From the NCBI GenBank assembly GCA_944332215.1, contig CALVJP010000052.1, positions 1 through 49,349 on the forward strand: a DNA stretch of 49,349 nucleotides, given 5' to 3'. Below, in pieces: positions 27,205-37,659 of this stretch; within the stretch, counting starts at the first letter, position 1; each line of letters begins with the position of its first letter. The translations under genes were made by a program, and so were the position numbers. Origin of the DNA: an uncultured Bacilli bacterium. GTDB taxonomy: Bacteria; Bacillota_I; Bacilli_A; RF39; UBA660. The notes beneath the pieces were generated by a model. The model had not been told where the DNA came from. It worked only from the letters and a program-made list of their open reading frames with translations, and did not search any database.

Positions 27205-28509
27205 CTATTTTTTTAAAGCCTTTTTAACATGAATATATTGGTGAATTGTGACGACTATCATATTTAAAGCACTGGACCAAACTAAAGCCCATAAACCAAT
27301 ATGTAAATGGCAAAGCGCAAAAAGAGAAAAGATTCGAATAATCGTTCCGATTAAAGTGCCATTCATAGCTTCTTTGGCTTTACCCATTGCTTGCAAACTT
27401 GAAGTAAGCGGAGCTTGGATATAGTGAAAAAGAGCAATAGGCGCGAGTACTTTAATATATTCAATACCGTCAGTAGTGTTATAAATAAATTTCATTGGTA
27501 ATTCCGGAAATAATTCAAAGATAATTGTTGCCGGAATTCCAATTAAAAGCGAAAGGACAATGGCTAATTTTATTTTACCGTAAGTGTATTTATAATGGCC
27601 ATGGGAATAGGACTTACTGACATTAGGAATTAAAGCCTGGCTAATAGCCATAGTGAAAAATGACGGTAGTAAAACTAAAGGCATGATAAAGCCATTGATA
27701 ATACCGTATTCATTGACAATAAAAGTATTAGTATAACCACTTTTAATAAGCATATAAGTGAGAATAATTGGCTCGAAAAAGTAGCCAATTGAGCCAATTA
27801 AGCGGCTCATAGTAGTTGGAATACCAATATTAAAAACGTCTTTAACATTAGCTTTATTTGGAATTAAATCTTTTTTAGTGAGTTTAAAATTTTTAGGTAA
27901 AAAGAAGAAAAGGACTAAAATCGACGTTAATTCACTTAGAACATTAGTTAAAACAACAAAGGCAACCGCGTATTCTAAGCCAAAACTGATAAAAATTGGA
28001 ATACCGATGATGAGGCAGATTAATCGAATAACATCTTCGGTAACATTACTAACGACATGAGGAATCATATTTTGTTTACCAAAAAAATAGCCTCTTAAAA
28101 TACTGGAAATGCTGATAAAAGGTAAAACAAAGCCAATACAAATCAAAGCATAGTAACTGCGCTCATCATGGAGCAAATGCGTACTGATATAGTGACTAGT
28201 AAAAAAGAGAAAAATCATGATGGTAATATTGATGATTAATGAAATAGGAATGATTGAAAAAACTAGGTTTTTGTTATTCTTCTTTTCCTCGGCAACTAGC
28301 TTGCTAATAGCAACTGGAAAACCTAATTGGGCTATAGCCATTAGAAGCATGAAAGTTGGGGAAATAAGCATATAAATTCCCATACCTTCAGAGCCAATTA
28401 GGCGTGCTAAAACAATTTTGATGAGCATACTGACAATTTTCGTAATGGCCCCACCAATAATTAAAATTATGGTCGATTTAATAAAGAGGTTACCTTTGTA
28501 CTTTGTCAT
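27205..28509 (-). CDS. MOP-superfamily flippase, SpoVB/MurJ-like polysaccharide or lipid II flippase
   Basis: About 14 TM segments and an N-terminus matching SpoVB-type proteins (GGAITKIVSMLIKIVLARLIGSEGMGIY). Its position resembles spoVB in Bacillus. Confidence 0.75.
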   Translation of the reverse strand: MTKYKGNLFIKSTIILIIGGAITKIVSMLIKIVLARLIGSEGMGIYMLISPTFMLLMAIAQLGFPVAISKLVAEEKKNNKNLVFSIIPISLIINITIMIFLFFTSHYISTHLLHDERSYYALICIGFVLPFISISSILRGYFFGKQNMIPHVVSNVTEDVIRLICLIIGIPIFISFGLEYAVAFVVLTNVLSELTSILVLFFFLPKNFKLTKKDLIPNKANVKDVFNIGIPTTMSRLIGSIGYFFEPIILTYMLIKSGYTNTFIVNEYGIINGFIMPLVLLPSFFTMAISQALIPNVSKSYSHGHYKYTYGKIKLAIVLSLLIGIPATIIFELFPELPMKFIYNTTDGIEYIKVLAPIALFHYIQAPLTSSLQAMGKAKEAMNGTLIGTIIRIFSLFALCHLHIGLWALVWSSALNMIVVTIHQYIHVKKALKK

Positions 28510-28568
28510 ACTAGATTATATGTTATGGAAAAGCTATGATAACAAAAAAATTGGAAAAATTCCAATTT

Positions 28569-28985
28569 TCAAGATAAATTATGAGTATTAATTGTGCGAT
28601 TAGCATACTCTAAAACTTTTTGTTTTTGCTGGTTACCCATGTCTAATTCAGTAGGTGAAATTAAATTAGAATTCTGCATATCGCTGAAAGTAGCTAAAGT
28701 TTCAAATTCCTCATCAGTTAAAGGCGTGCCAAAAGGATAATACTGGGTATATAAAGAAATGTCTTGAGATTTATCAAACGCTTCTTCCGTCATTAAAATA
28801 GGTTTATTATTCTGGAGTATAATATAAAAACCAGCCGCACCATTTGAATAACTAACATTTATGTGAAGCGGGAAGTAGTGACTAGTTTTATTTTGTATTG
28901 GAATAATACCCGTCCATTCATTTTTATCAAAAACATAATATTTCATATTATCAGTAGTTTCGTTTGGAATTGTGACCGTAAACAT
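28569..28985 (-). CDS. Hypothetical cytoplasmic protein
   Basis: The RBS GGAGGTGG precedes the ATG at 28985 (MFTVTIPNE...). I recognise no family. Confidence 0.4.
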   Translation of the reverse strand: MFTVTIPNETTDNMKYYVFDKNEWTGIIPIQNKTSHYFPLHINVSYSNGAAGFYIILQNNKPILMTEEAFDKSQDISLYTQYYPFGTPLTDEEFETLATFSDMQNSNLISPTELDMGNQQKQKVLEYANRTINTHNLS

Positions 28986-29115
28986 ATTCCACCTCCTTTC
29001 CAATATTATAAAGTTGCAGGTGGAAAAAGTCAAATTACGATAAATTTAGCGTTATATCTTTAAAAATAATAGAAATTACGTTATAATAGATATGTACGCT
29101 TAATGGAGGGAAAAC

Positions 29116-29400
29116 ATGAATATCGAATTTAATAGTGCTGAAGAATTATATAAACGTCTTAATCCGGCCTTAAAATCAAAAGTGGCCGAGCTTAAAAGAG
29201 ATGGTTATGGATATTTAACCGAAGATGATGTGTGGAATTATTTAAAAGAAATCAAATGGAAAAATAGCCGGAATTTAGCTTTAAATGAAATGGTTAGTGA
29301 TATTTTTAGTAGCGACAATTCCTTAATAGATGCGTATTTTAAAAACAAATTAAATAGGCGCACACGTAGAGTCTATTTTGAAAACGAACAAGGAGAGTAA
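29116..29400 (+). CDS. ComN/YrzD-like post-transcriptional regulator family protein
   Basis: LNPALKSKVAELKRDGYGYLTEDDVWNYLKEIKWKN...MVSDIF fits the ComN family pattern. It lies directly upstream of secDF, as in B. subtilis. Confidence 0.55.
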   Translation: MNIEFNSAEELYKRLNPALKSKVAELKRDGYGYLTEDDVWNYLKEIKWKNSRNLALNEMVSDIFSSDNSLIDAYFKNKLNRRTRRVYFENEQGE

Positions 29401-29402
29401 AC

Positions 29403-31676
29403 ATGAAAAATAAGTTATGGACGAAAATTGTCTTGACAATTATTATCATTGGAGCTTCATTAGCTTTGTTATTTCCGGTTTTACAAAACGTAAAACTTGG
29501 TTTAGATTTACAAGGTGGATTTGAAGTTTTATATCAAGTCGAAAGTATCGACAAAGAAGAAAAAGTTACTAGTGACATGGTAAATGCCACTTATAAAACT
29601 TTAGTTAAAAGAATTGATGTGTTAGGGGTATTAGAGCCAACAATTGATATTGAGGGCGATAAAATTAGAGTCCAATTAGCTGGAATTGATAATGCTGATG
29701 ATGCCCGTAATGTACTCAGTCAAACAGCTAGTTTATCATTTAGAGATACTAATGATAATCTTTTAATGACTAGCGATGTTTTGCGTAGTGGAGCCGCTAA
29801 AGTGGGACAAGACGAAAGCGGTAATCCAGTGGTCTCTTTGAGCATTAAAGATAAAGACGAATTTTATAAAGTTACCAAAAAAATAAGTGAACAAGAAGAT
29901 AACCGAATTGTGATTTGGCTTGATTTTGATGAAGAGCAAGATTCATTTGCTCAAGAGAGTGCCAAGTGCGGGTCACTTAATGATTCACGCTGTTTATCAG
30001 TAGCATCCGTTTCGCAAGGGTTTAGTAGTGATGTTATTATCCAAGGTAATTTTGAAGATGAAGAAGTGGAAAATCTAGTAGATTTAATTAATTCTGGTAG
30101 TATGCCAACAAAGTTAGTCGAAGTTTCATCTAAAAGTGTTGGGGCTTCATTTGGGGAAAACTCATTAGAAAAAACCGCCGTAGCTGGCGTTGTTGGTATT
30201 GCGTTAATTTGTTTATTTTTAATAATCGTCTATCGTTTCTCAGGTTTTATTGCTAGTGTGGGAATTATTCTTTATACCGCCCTTACATTCTTTATTTTCT
30301 GGTTAATAGGAGGCACTTTAACTTTACCAGGAATTGCCGCAATGATTATTGGTATTGGAATGGCAGTTGATTCCAACGTTATTAATTTTTCGCGAATTAA
30401 AGATGAACTGTACGAGGGCCGCTCGGTGACGACGGCACTTAAACATGGTAACAAAAATTCTTTTAGTACTATTTTAGATGCTAACGTGACTACTTTAATC
30501 ACAGCTATTGTCTTATTTATTTTTGGCCAAAGTAGTGTTAAAGGTTTTGCTACTATGTTGATTATCAGTATTTTCTCAACCATGCTTATTATGGTATTCT
30601 TTACTAGATGGTTAATGAAAAAATACGTAGAAACTGGGAAATTTGAAAATAAACCACATTTATTTATTGGGGTTAAAGCTAAGGATATTCCTGATATAGC
30701 TCATAAAGAAAAAAGAACAAAATTTTTCTATCAAAAATTAGATTTTGTGAAAAACCGTAAAGGGTTCTTAGTTATAGCGACAATCATTAGTCTTGCTGGA
30801 ATTTTCTGCTTATTTAAAGTAGGTCTTAATCTTGGTGTTGACTTTAAAGGTGGAACCGTCATTACTTTAAAAACGGATGAACATTTAACCGAAGAAAAAA
30901 TCCAAAGAGATGTTTCAAAACTTGGTTATGATATGTATGATTTCGAAGAACAAAGTGATGGCTCATATGCAATTAAGATCGAAGATTCTTTATCGAAAAA
31001 TAAATCCATGGAAACCGAAAAATATTTTGCTGATAAATATGCCGCTTCAACCGATGTCGGAGTTATTTCCACGGTGGTAAAACAAGAATTAATCAAAAAT
31101 GCAATTTTATCATTAATTGTCGCCTCTTTAGCTATTATTGCTTATATTTCCCTAAGATTTAAGTTTAGTTATGGTATTAGTTGTATTGTTGCTTTATTGT
31201 TAAATGTTTTAGTCACCGTATCACTATTTTGTATTTTAGGTTTAGAAGTTTCTAGTATCTTTATTGCCGCTATTCTTTCAATTATCGGTTATTCAGTTAA
31301 TGATATTATTATTACTTTTGACCGAATCCGTGAAAACCAAAAGAAAAAAGGTGAAATTAAAGATCCAGACGAATTAACAGGCATTGTTAATAACAGTTTA
31401 AGAGAAATCTTGAATCGTAGTATTATTACGACCCTTACCACTTTGATTCCAGTGTTGGCTTTAATCTTCTTAGGCGCCCATGATATATTTGAGTTTAACA
31501 TTGCTTTATTAATTGGACTAATAGCCGGTACATTATCATCATTATTTGTGGCTAGTCAAATGTGGCTTGAGGTTGAAAAACGTCATATAAAAAAGGGTAA
31601 ACCCAAGAAAAAGAAAAAAACAACTGATGTTGATGACGAAGTTCAAGAATTAACAATTAAAGGCATAAACTCTTAA
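29403..31676 (+). CDS. secDF: Protein translocase subunit SecDF (fused)
   Basis: LGLDLQGG, two 6-TM blocks (GIGMAVDSNVI and GYSVNDIII) and a basic tail. Confidence 0.95.
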   Translation: MKNKLWTKIVLTIIIIGASLALLFPVLQNVKLGLDLQGGFEVLYQVESIDKEEKVTSDMVNATYKTLVKRIDVLGVLEPTIDIEGDKIRVQLAGIDNADDARNVLSQTASLSFRDTNDNLLMTSDVLRSGAAKVGQDESGNPVVSLSIKDKDEFYKVTKKISEQEDNRIVIWLDFDEEQDSFAQESAKCGSLNDSRCLSVASVSQGFSSDVIIQGNFEDEEVENLVDLINSGSMPTKLVEVSSKSVGASFGENSLEKTAVAGVVGIALICLFLIIVYRFSGFIASVGIILYTALTFFIFWLIGGTLTLPGIAAMIIGIGMAVDSNVINFSRIKDELYEGRSVTTALKHGNKNSFSTILDANVTTLITAIVLFIFGQSSVKGFATMLIISIFSTMLIMVFFTRWLMKKYVETGKFENKPHLFIGVKAKDIPDIAHKEKRTKFFYQKLDFVKNRKGFLVIATIISLAGIFCLFKVGLNLGVDFKGGTVITLKTDEHLTEEKIQRDVSKLGYDMYDFEEQSDGSYAIKIEDSLSKNKSMETEKYFADKYAASTDVGVISTVVKQELIKNAILSLIVASLAIIAYISLRFKFSYGISCIVALLLNVLVTVSLFCILGLEVSSIFIAAILSIIGYSVNDIIITFDRIRENQKKKGEIKDPDELTGIVNNSLREILNRSIITTLTTLIPVLALIFLGAHDIFEFNIALLIGLIAGTLSSLFVASQMWLEVEKRHIKKGKPKKKKKTTDVDDEVQELTIKGINS

Positions 31677-31689
31677 GAGAGGTGGTAAA

Positions 31690-33855
31690 ATGGCTAAACA
31701 TAGATCATGTAATACTTTTGAAGTATTATATGACAAAGTAAAAGAATACATTGCTGACAAAGAAGAATTAGAGTTAATTGAGAAAGCCTATAAGTATGCC
31801 TACGACAAACATTTTGGCGAGAAACGATTAACGGGTGAGGATTATATTACTCATCCGCTTTCTGTCGCTTATATTTTAACTAGTATTAATGCCGATGCTT
31901 CGACAATTGCTGGTGCTTTGCTTCATGATGCGATTGAAGAAAAAGATGTTGATTTAGAGGAATTTAAACAATTGTTTGGCGAGGATATTTTATCGATTAC
32001 TTTAGGCGTGAGTAAAATTAATAAATTAAATTTTTCGGGCGATAATGAATCAGTTATCACGAATCAGCGCAAAATACTGGTTGGCTTATCGGAAGATGTT
32101 AGAGTTATTATTATCAAACTAGCTGATAGACTGCATAATATGAAAACCTTATTTGTATTGGATGAAAGAAAACAGAAAGAAACAGCTAAAGAAACCTTGG
32201 ATATTCTAACCCCCATTGCTCATCGTTTAGGTATGAATAATATTAAATCTGAATTAGAAGAATTGTCTTTACGTTATTTAAAACCTGATGAATATTATGA
32301 TATTGTCGAAAAACTTAATGCCACCAAAGCTGAACGTGATGCTAGTGTGGCCAAAATGATCGAGGCGGTATCCGAATTATTAACCAAACATAATATTAAA
32401 CATGAAATTAAAGGGCGTTCAAAAAGTATTTATAGTATTTATAAAAAACTAGATAAAGGTAAACGTTTTAGTGACATTTATGATTTATTAGCCCTTCGCG
32501 TGTTTGTCAACACCGAACAAGAATGTTATCAAGCTTTAGGCATTATTCATTCCAAATTTAAACCGAAACCTAATCGTTTTAAAGATTATATTGCAATGCC
32601 CAAAACAAATATGTATCAATCATTACACACCACAGTTTTTGGCAATGATGGACAATTGTATGAAATTCAAATTAGGACTTATGAAATGGATAAAGTGGCT
32701 GAAAACGGAATCGCTTCTCACTGGTCTTATAAAGAAAAAGGAAGTAATAAAGCAGCCATCCAAAGTGACATGGAACAGAAACTACAATTTTTTAAATCAA
32801 TTATGGAGCTTAAAAATAATGAAGAAAATCCTGAAGAATTTGTAAAATCAGTTAAAGAAGATGTCCTTAAAAATACAATTTATGTTTTTACCCCTAAAGG
32901 CGATGTCATCGAGTTACCTAATGGATCGACACCAATTGACTTTGCCTACAAAGTACATACTAAAGTAGGGGATCAAATGACCGGGGCTTTAGTTAATTCC
33001 CAAATAGTCCCATTTGATTATGAATTAGAAAACAATGATGTAGTGAAAGTAATCACTAGCAACAATTCCAGTGGCCCCAGCCGCGAATGGCTAAAAATGG
33101 CCAAAACAACCCAAGCCAAAAATAAAATGAAAAACTTTTTTAATAAAGTTGATAAAGATGAGCATATTAAAAAAGGTGAAGAATTGCTACTTAAAGAGTT
33201 AAAACGTTGTAAAATGACGATGAGTGAATTTCAAAGTGAAGAAGTGTTAAGCAAGGTTTTAAATGGACTTAAATTAGGTGCACTTAATGAAATTTATTCA
33301 AATATTGGTAGCGGTAAATTAGCCCCCGAAGCAGTTTTGGAAGCAATTAATAAAGAAGAAGTATCAAAAGAAGAGAAAATGCTAGAAAAAGCACAAAAAC
33401 TGGGCGCGAAAATTCACCGCAAAGACAATGTCGTTGCCGTAGCAGGAGCCGATGATATTAAAGTTAATTTAGCTTCTTGCTGTAATCCTGTACCAGGAGA
33501 TAGGATAGTTGGCTATATTACCAAAGGTAATGGAATCACCGTACACCGAATGGTGTGTCCAAATGTGGCTAATTTGGATGAAAGATTGATTGAAACCACT
33601 TGGAATGATAATAACGAAAAATTTAAAACCGCCATTTTAATTCATGCGGGAGCCGGCAGTGATGTTTTACTACCGGTTGTGACCAAAGCAGCTAATAATG
33701 ATATTGGCGTGCAAGGCGTAGTTAATAATAAAGATTTAGAAGGACAAACAATTGAAATGAATGTGGTCGTTAAAGACAAAGCCGAATTAATGAAACTGAT
33801 TAATGATATTCAAATGATGCCTGAAGTTACTGAGGTTGAAAGGTTTATTAAATGA
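31690..33855 (+). CDS. relA: Bifunctional (p)ppGpp synthetase/hydrolase Rel
   Basis: An HD hydrolase domain (HPLSVA...LHDAIED-like), a RelA_SpoT synthetase domain (YRSLHT-like MYQSLHTTV), and TGS and ACT domains. Confidence 0.95.
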   Translation: MAKHRSCNTFEVLYDKVKEYIADKEELELIEKAYKYAYDKHFGEKRLTGEDYITHPLSVAYILTSINADASTIAGALLHDAIEEKDVDLEEFKQLFGEDILSITLGVSKINKLNFSGDNESVITNQRKILVGLSEDVRVIIIKLADRLHNMKTLFVLDERKQKETAKETLDILTPIAHRLGMNNIKSELEELSLRYLKPDEYYDIVEKLNATKAERDASVAKMIEAVSELLTKHNIKHEIKGRSKSIYSIYKKLDKGKRFSDIYDLLALRVFVNTEQECYQALGIIHSKFKPKPNRFKDYIAMPKTNMYQSLHTTVFGNDGQLYEIQIRTYEMDKVAENGIASHWSYKEKGSNKAAIQSDMEQKLQFFKSIMELKNNEENPEEFVKSVKEDVLKNTIYVFTPKGDVIELPNGSTPIDFAYKVHTKVGDQMTGALVNSQIVPFDYELENNDVVKVITSNNSSGPSREWLKMAKTTQAKNKMKNFFNKVDKDEHIKKGEELLLKELKRCKMTMSEFQSEEVLSKVLNGLKLGALNEIYSNIGSGKLAPEAVLEAINKEEVSKEEKMLEKAQKLGAKIHRKDNVVAVAGADDIKVNLASCCNPVPGDRIVGYITKGNGITVHRMVCPNVANLDERLIETTWNDNNEKFKTAILIHAGAGSDVLLPVVTKAANNDIGVQGVVNNKDLEGQTIEMNVVVKDKAELMKLINDIQMMPEVTEVERFIK

Positions 33856-34292
33856 GAGTCTTGGTCCAGCGTTCTTTAACTTCCTCCGTAACTGTTAATG
33901 GTCAAATAACTGGCCAAATCAATAAAGGTTTGGTTTTATTTGTAAGCTTTACGACTTCTGATAGTTTAAAAAATATCGATTATATGATTAAAAAAATCCT
34001 TCATTTGCGTATATTTGAAGATGAAAATAATATAATGAATAAATCAGTTTTAGATGTTCAAGGGAGTATTTTAAGTATTTCACAGTTTACTTTATATGCT
34101 GATGCTCGCAAAGGTAATCGCCCAAGTTATGCGAAAGCTTTAAATAGTATAGAAGCTGAAAAATTATACAAAATATTTAATGATAAATTAAGAGAATATA
34201 TAACCGTAGAAACAGGCGTATTTAAAGCTGATATGCTAGTTAATATTCAAAATGATGGACCGGTAACGATCTGGTTAGAAAGCGAGAATTAA
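33852..34292 (+). CDS. dtd: D-aminoacyl-tRNA deacylase
   Basis: MRVLVQR..., SQFTLYAD..KGNRPS and NDGPVT motifs. It overlaps the relA stop. Confidence 0.9.
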   Translation: MRVLVQRSLTSSVTVNGQITGQINKGLVLFVSFTTSDSLKNIDYMIKKILHLRIFEDENNIMNKSVLDVQGSILSISQFTLYADARKGNRPSYAKALNSIEAEKLYKIFNDKLREYITVETGVFKADMLVNIQNDGPVTIWLESEN

Positions 34293-34293
34293 A

Positions 34294-35358
34294 ATGACTA
34301 AAAACCGATTAGACTATAAATTAGTTAATGTGGTATTATTTGTTTTAATTATTTATTTGATATATCAAACGAGAAGTTTTTGGCTTGGAGTAGTAAGTAT
34401 TTTATCAGAAATCTTACTACCTTTTTTTATCGCTTTTATAATTGCCTATGCTTTAACTCCATTAGTTGATTTTTTGAGGCGTTATAAAGTGCCAAAAGCT
34501 TTAGCTATGTTATTAGTAATTGGTTTTTTTGTTCTTATTTTTGGCCTTTTAACTTATTTAATTGCTCCAGTATTTGCTGAACAAATTGGTAGTATTTTTA
34601 ATGGCATTATTTCATTTTTAAAAGAAATATCTTTAAAATATAATATTGAATTTAGTACGGTTCAAGAACAATTATCAACAACTTTTAATGATACTTTAGA
34701 GAAATTAGGGGAATATATTTCAAACGGGGCCATTAATATTATTGGAGTTTCCTTAAGTATTATCTCAAAGTTGTTAATTGTCATAGCTGCGACGATTTAT
34801 TTTTTAGCCGATATGGAAAAAATAAAAGCCGGGGTTAAACGTTATTTATATTTTCATAATAAAAAATTATATCGATATGTATCTTTAGTAAATCATGAAT
34901 TAGAAAATTATTTATCTGGTTTTTTAAAAATAGTTTTCATTTCATTTTTTGAGTATGCATTTTTATATTCAGTAATTGGACATCCCAATGCTTTAATGCT
35001 AGGAACTTTAGCAGGCCTTGGTAATTTAGTCCCGTATTTTGGAGGCATTATTACTAATGTTATTGCCGCGATCACTGCTTTTGTTATTAGCCCAGATTTG
35101 TTTTTAAAAACATGTATTATTTTTGTGATTTTTTCAGCAGTAGATGGTTATGTTATTAATCCTTGGGTTTATGGAAAAACAAATAAAATTCATCCTTTAG
35201 TGGTAATTGTTTCAGTCTTTGCTGGGGGTATATTATTTGGAATTACAGGTATTATTTTATCTTTGCCCGTAGCTATTGTCATAATTGCTACTTATAAGTT
35301 TTTTAAAGATGATATTTATAAATTTAGCAAAAAAAAGCTACGTATCAAATTACCATAG
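34294..35358 (+). CDS. AI-2E family transporter (PerM/UPF0118)
   Basis: An 8-TM architecture with a conserved C-terminal block (GNLVPYFGG...). Confidence 0.8.
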   Translation: MTKNRLDYKLVNVVLFVLIIYLIYQTRSFWLGVVSILSEILLPFFIAFIIAYALTPLVDFLRRYKVPKALAMLLVIGFFVLIFGLLTYLIAPVFAEQIGSIFNGIISFLKEISLKYNIEFSTVQEQLSTTFNDTLEKLGEYISNGAINIIGVSLSIISKLLIVIAATIYFLADMEKIKAGVKRYLYFHNKKLYRYVSLVNHELENYLSGFLKIVFISFFEYAFLYSVIGHPNALMLGTLAGLGNLVPYFGGIITNVIAAITAFVISPDLFLKTCIIFVIFSAVDGYVINPWVYGKTNKIHPLVVIVSVFAGGILFGITGIILSLPVAIVIIATYKFFKDDIYKFSKKKLRIKLP

Positions 35359-35359
35359 A

Positions 35360-35388
35360 TTGACTAATGAAAATTATGATGTTATACT
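35360..35388 (+). promoter_or_regulatory. Sigma-A-type promoter
   Basis: TTGACT, a 17-bp spacer, then TATACT. Confidence 0.55.
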
Positions 35389-35440
35389 TTTAGTATAAGT
35401 TTGGCTTTATGATGAAATGATAATAAAGGAGGCCTAGATA

Positions 35441-35650
35441 ATGGAAACTAAAAAGAAAGTAATGATTGGAGCAACAGTTGCAGCTTTAGGTATTGCAATT
35501 TCAACATTCGCGCTTTGGAAGTATTTAAAAGGACGTCAAATTCGCTTTATTGAAGGTGATGACGATGACGTAGTTTATGTGTTATTAGATGGAGAAAAGT
35601 ATGAAGATGGCAAGAATTATAAGTTTTCCTCACGTAAAAAAGCAATGTAA
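35441..35650 (+). CDS. Small single-pass membrane protein
   Basis: AAGGAGG RBS, one TM segment (MIGATVAALGIAISTFALW), an acidic/basic tail, and a terminator hairpin after the stop. Confidence 0.45.
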   Translation: METKKKVMIGATVAALGIAISTFALWKYLKGRQIRFIEGDDDDVVYVLLDGEKYEDGKNYKFSSRKKAM

Positions 35651-35695
35651 TTTTTAGTTGCTTTTTTAACTATATTATGAAAAATTGTAGGTGGT

Positions 35696-36253
35696 ATGAT
35701 GAAGTATTTTGAAGTAGTTAAAGGTGACAGGTTATATCTTTCACCACTGAACATTAATGATGCAGAGCTTTATGTAAAATGGCTTACGGATAAAGAAATA
35801 ACGCAGTATTTAGGTAACCGCCCGGTTTTAGATGTTGAAACCGAAAGAGAATGGATTCGGAAAAATAATAATGGTTATTGTTTTGCCATTGTTTTAAGGG
35901 ATAGCGATAAATTAATTGGTAATTGTGGATTTACCAATGTTGATATGGTTGACAGGACTGCGGAAATAGGGATTTTTATTGGTGATAAGGAAGAACAAAA
36001 TAAAGGCTATGGCCGGGAAGCCATGAAAATATTATTGAATTATGGATTTAATACTTTAGGATTAAATAATGTGATGTTAAAAGTCTACTCATTTAATGAA
36101 AAAGCGATAAGGACTTATAAAAAGTTAGGTTTTAAAACTTTTGGGGTGCGCCGAAATAGTCATTATGCCAATGGTTTAATGCATGATACGATATATATGG
36201 ATATGCTAAGAGACGAGTTTAATGAAATTGAAGATTTTATATTTATTCCGTGA
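35696..36253 (+). CDS. GNAT family N-acetyltransferase (RimJ/RimL-like)
   Basis: IGIFIGDKEEQNKGYGREAMKILLNYGF, the Q/RxxGxG/A acetyl-CoA motif region. Confidence 0.8.
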   Translation: MMKYFEVVKGDRLYLSPLNINDAELYVKWLTDKEITQYLGNRPVLDVETEREWIRKNNNGYCFAIVLRDSDKLIGNCGFTNVDMVDRTAEIGIFIGDKEEQNKGYGREAMKILLNYGFNTLGLNNVMLKVYSFNEKAIRTYKKLGFKTFGVRRNSHYANGLMHDTIYMDMLRDEFNEIEDFIFIP

Positions 36254-36357
36254 GGTAGCTTAGAAAAAAGCTGAAAAACACTTTTAAAAATGGCAAACCT
36301 AATACTAATGTTTTTTCTAGCTTCATCTGGGAATATAATTAAACCTACAATTTCAAC

Positions 36358-36386
36358 TTGACAAACCGCGCTTTTAGTGATAAGAT
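36358..36386 (+). promoter_or_regulatory. Sigma-A-type promoter of thioester adhesin paralog A
   Basis: TTGACA, a 17-bp spacer, then TAAGAT. Confidence 0.55.
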
Positions 36387-36438
36387 ACGTCCTTGTAAAC
36401 AGGGATTTATGTAATAAATCATTGAAGGGGGAAAAAAT

Positions 36439-37545
36439 ATGAAAAAAGCATTAAAAAAAATAACTCAAATTGCTTTAGCCGTGATGATCGTATTTGTTTT
36501 AGGACTTGGCTCATCTTTAGCCAAAGTCGCGCCTGATTCAATTAGTGTAAAACGTGCCGAAGTATTATCGGCTTTAGTGGATAATGCCGAATATGGTTTT
36601 ACCATTTTTACAACTGAAGATGGACAAATTATTTATTGTATGGATGTTGATAAAACACCATTAAAACAAGGGCAAACAGCTAGCCTAAGCGGTAATGGTG
36701 ATGCAGGGCTTTTATATATTTTACAAAATGGTTATCCAGTAAAATCAATTACTGGTAATGATGAAGCTGATAAATACATTACCCAAGCTGCAGTTTGGTG
36801 GTATGTAAATGAAAGTAAGTTATCAAGTGATTTTAAAAATGCTACCAAAGAAACTGACCGCTATCAATTAGTTTCAAAATATATTAAACCAATGGTGGAA
36901 AAAGCTCGTCAGGCAAAAGATACTCAAGGAACACCTAGTTTAAAAATCATTACTAATGGTACGCAGCTTACCTTAAGTGATGATGAAAAATATTATGAGT
37001 CACCTTATATGTCAGCCGCTTTAGTGAATGCTAGTGAATATAAAGTATCTGTTAGTGGAGGCTCTAAAAATACAGTAATTATTAATGAAAAAGGGGAAAA
37101 ACAAACAACTTTTAAATCTTCTGAAAGATTTAAAGTAAGAATCCCCGCTGACGAAGTTACAAAAACTATGAATTTATCAGTGAAATTTACGGCCACTGGG
37201 GAAACTCAAAAGGCTAAAATTTATACTCCTAGTGATAAAAGTTATCAAAGGGTAGTTGGACTTTATACGGAAGAAAAAGCCTTAAGTGGAACTGCTAGCT
37301 TAAAAGTGGATCCAAAAAATCCTGATAAACATGTTTGTGAAATTATTGATGATAAATACTATGGCAAGGATGGAAATATCGTTGATGAAAAGACTTATAA
37401 AGAAGAATGTACAGTTTCTGAAGTTGTCGAAGTGCCTAATACTAAAGCAAATATCTCACCTTTCGCTGTAATAACTGGATTATTAAGCATTTTAGCTGGA
37501 GCTCTTTTAGTCATTTGCCGCAAAAAAAGTAATATCTTATCTTAA
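36439..37545 (+). CDS. Surface protein with a thioester (TQxA) domain, paralog A; C-terminal VPNTKA + TM + basic-tail sorting signal
   Basis: A signal peptide is present. The thioester Cys context is IYCMDVDK (Cys codon 36637-36639) and the Gln context is ITQAAVWWY (Gln codon 36784-36786), matching the [YF]C..[DNE] ... TQxA.W signature of thioester-forming adhesins. The C-terminal tripartite signal starts at 37432. Confidence 0.7.
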   Translation: MKKALKKITQIALAVMIVFVLGLGSSLAKVAPDSISVKRAEVLSALVDNAEYGFTIFTTEDGQIIYCMDVDKTPLKQGQTASLSGNGDAGLLYILQNGYPVKSITGNDEADKYITQAAVWWYVNESKLSSDFKNATKETDRYQLVSKYIKPMVEKARQAKDTQGTPSLKIITNGTQLTLSDDEKYYESPYMSAALVNASEYKVSVSGGSKNTVIINEKGEKQTTFKSSERFKVRIPADEVTKTMNLSVKFTATGETQKAKIYTPSDKSYQRVVGLYTEEKALSGTASLKVDPKNPDKHVCEIIDDKYYGKDGNIVDEKTYKEECTVSEVVEVPNTKANISPFAVITGLLSILAGALLVICRKKSNILS

Positions 37546-37549
37546 ATAG

Positions 37550-37578
37550 GAGGCCTTAATTACTAAGGCTTCTTTTTT
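37550..37578 (+). terminator. Rho-independent terminator between the paralogs
   Basis: GAGGCCTTA-attac-TAAGGCTTC hairpin followed by TTTTTT. Confidence 0.75.
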
Positions 37579-37600
37579 GACAGATTTTTAACAAAAATAT

Positions 37601-37629
37601 TTGTTATTTTGGTTAAAAACTGTTATAAT
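37601..37629 (+). promoter_or_regulatory. Sigma-A-type promoter of paralog B
   Basis: TTGTTA, a 17-bp spacer (ending TGT), then TATAAT. Confidence 0.55.
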
Positions 37630-37659
37630 GAAATTGTATTTTAGAAGGGAGAGTCAAAA

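Noticed and set aside
35696-36253. The GNAT acetyltransferase next to the small membrane peptide (35441-35650), considered as a possible toxin-antitoxin or immunity pair.
   Set aside because: The two genes are separated by a terminator hairpin and have separate promoter and RBS signals. The GNAT has a RimJ/RimL-like pattern rather than a TacT/AtaT-type context with an adjacent small DNA-binding antitoxin.
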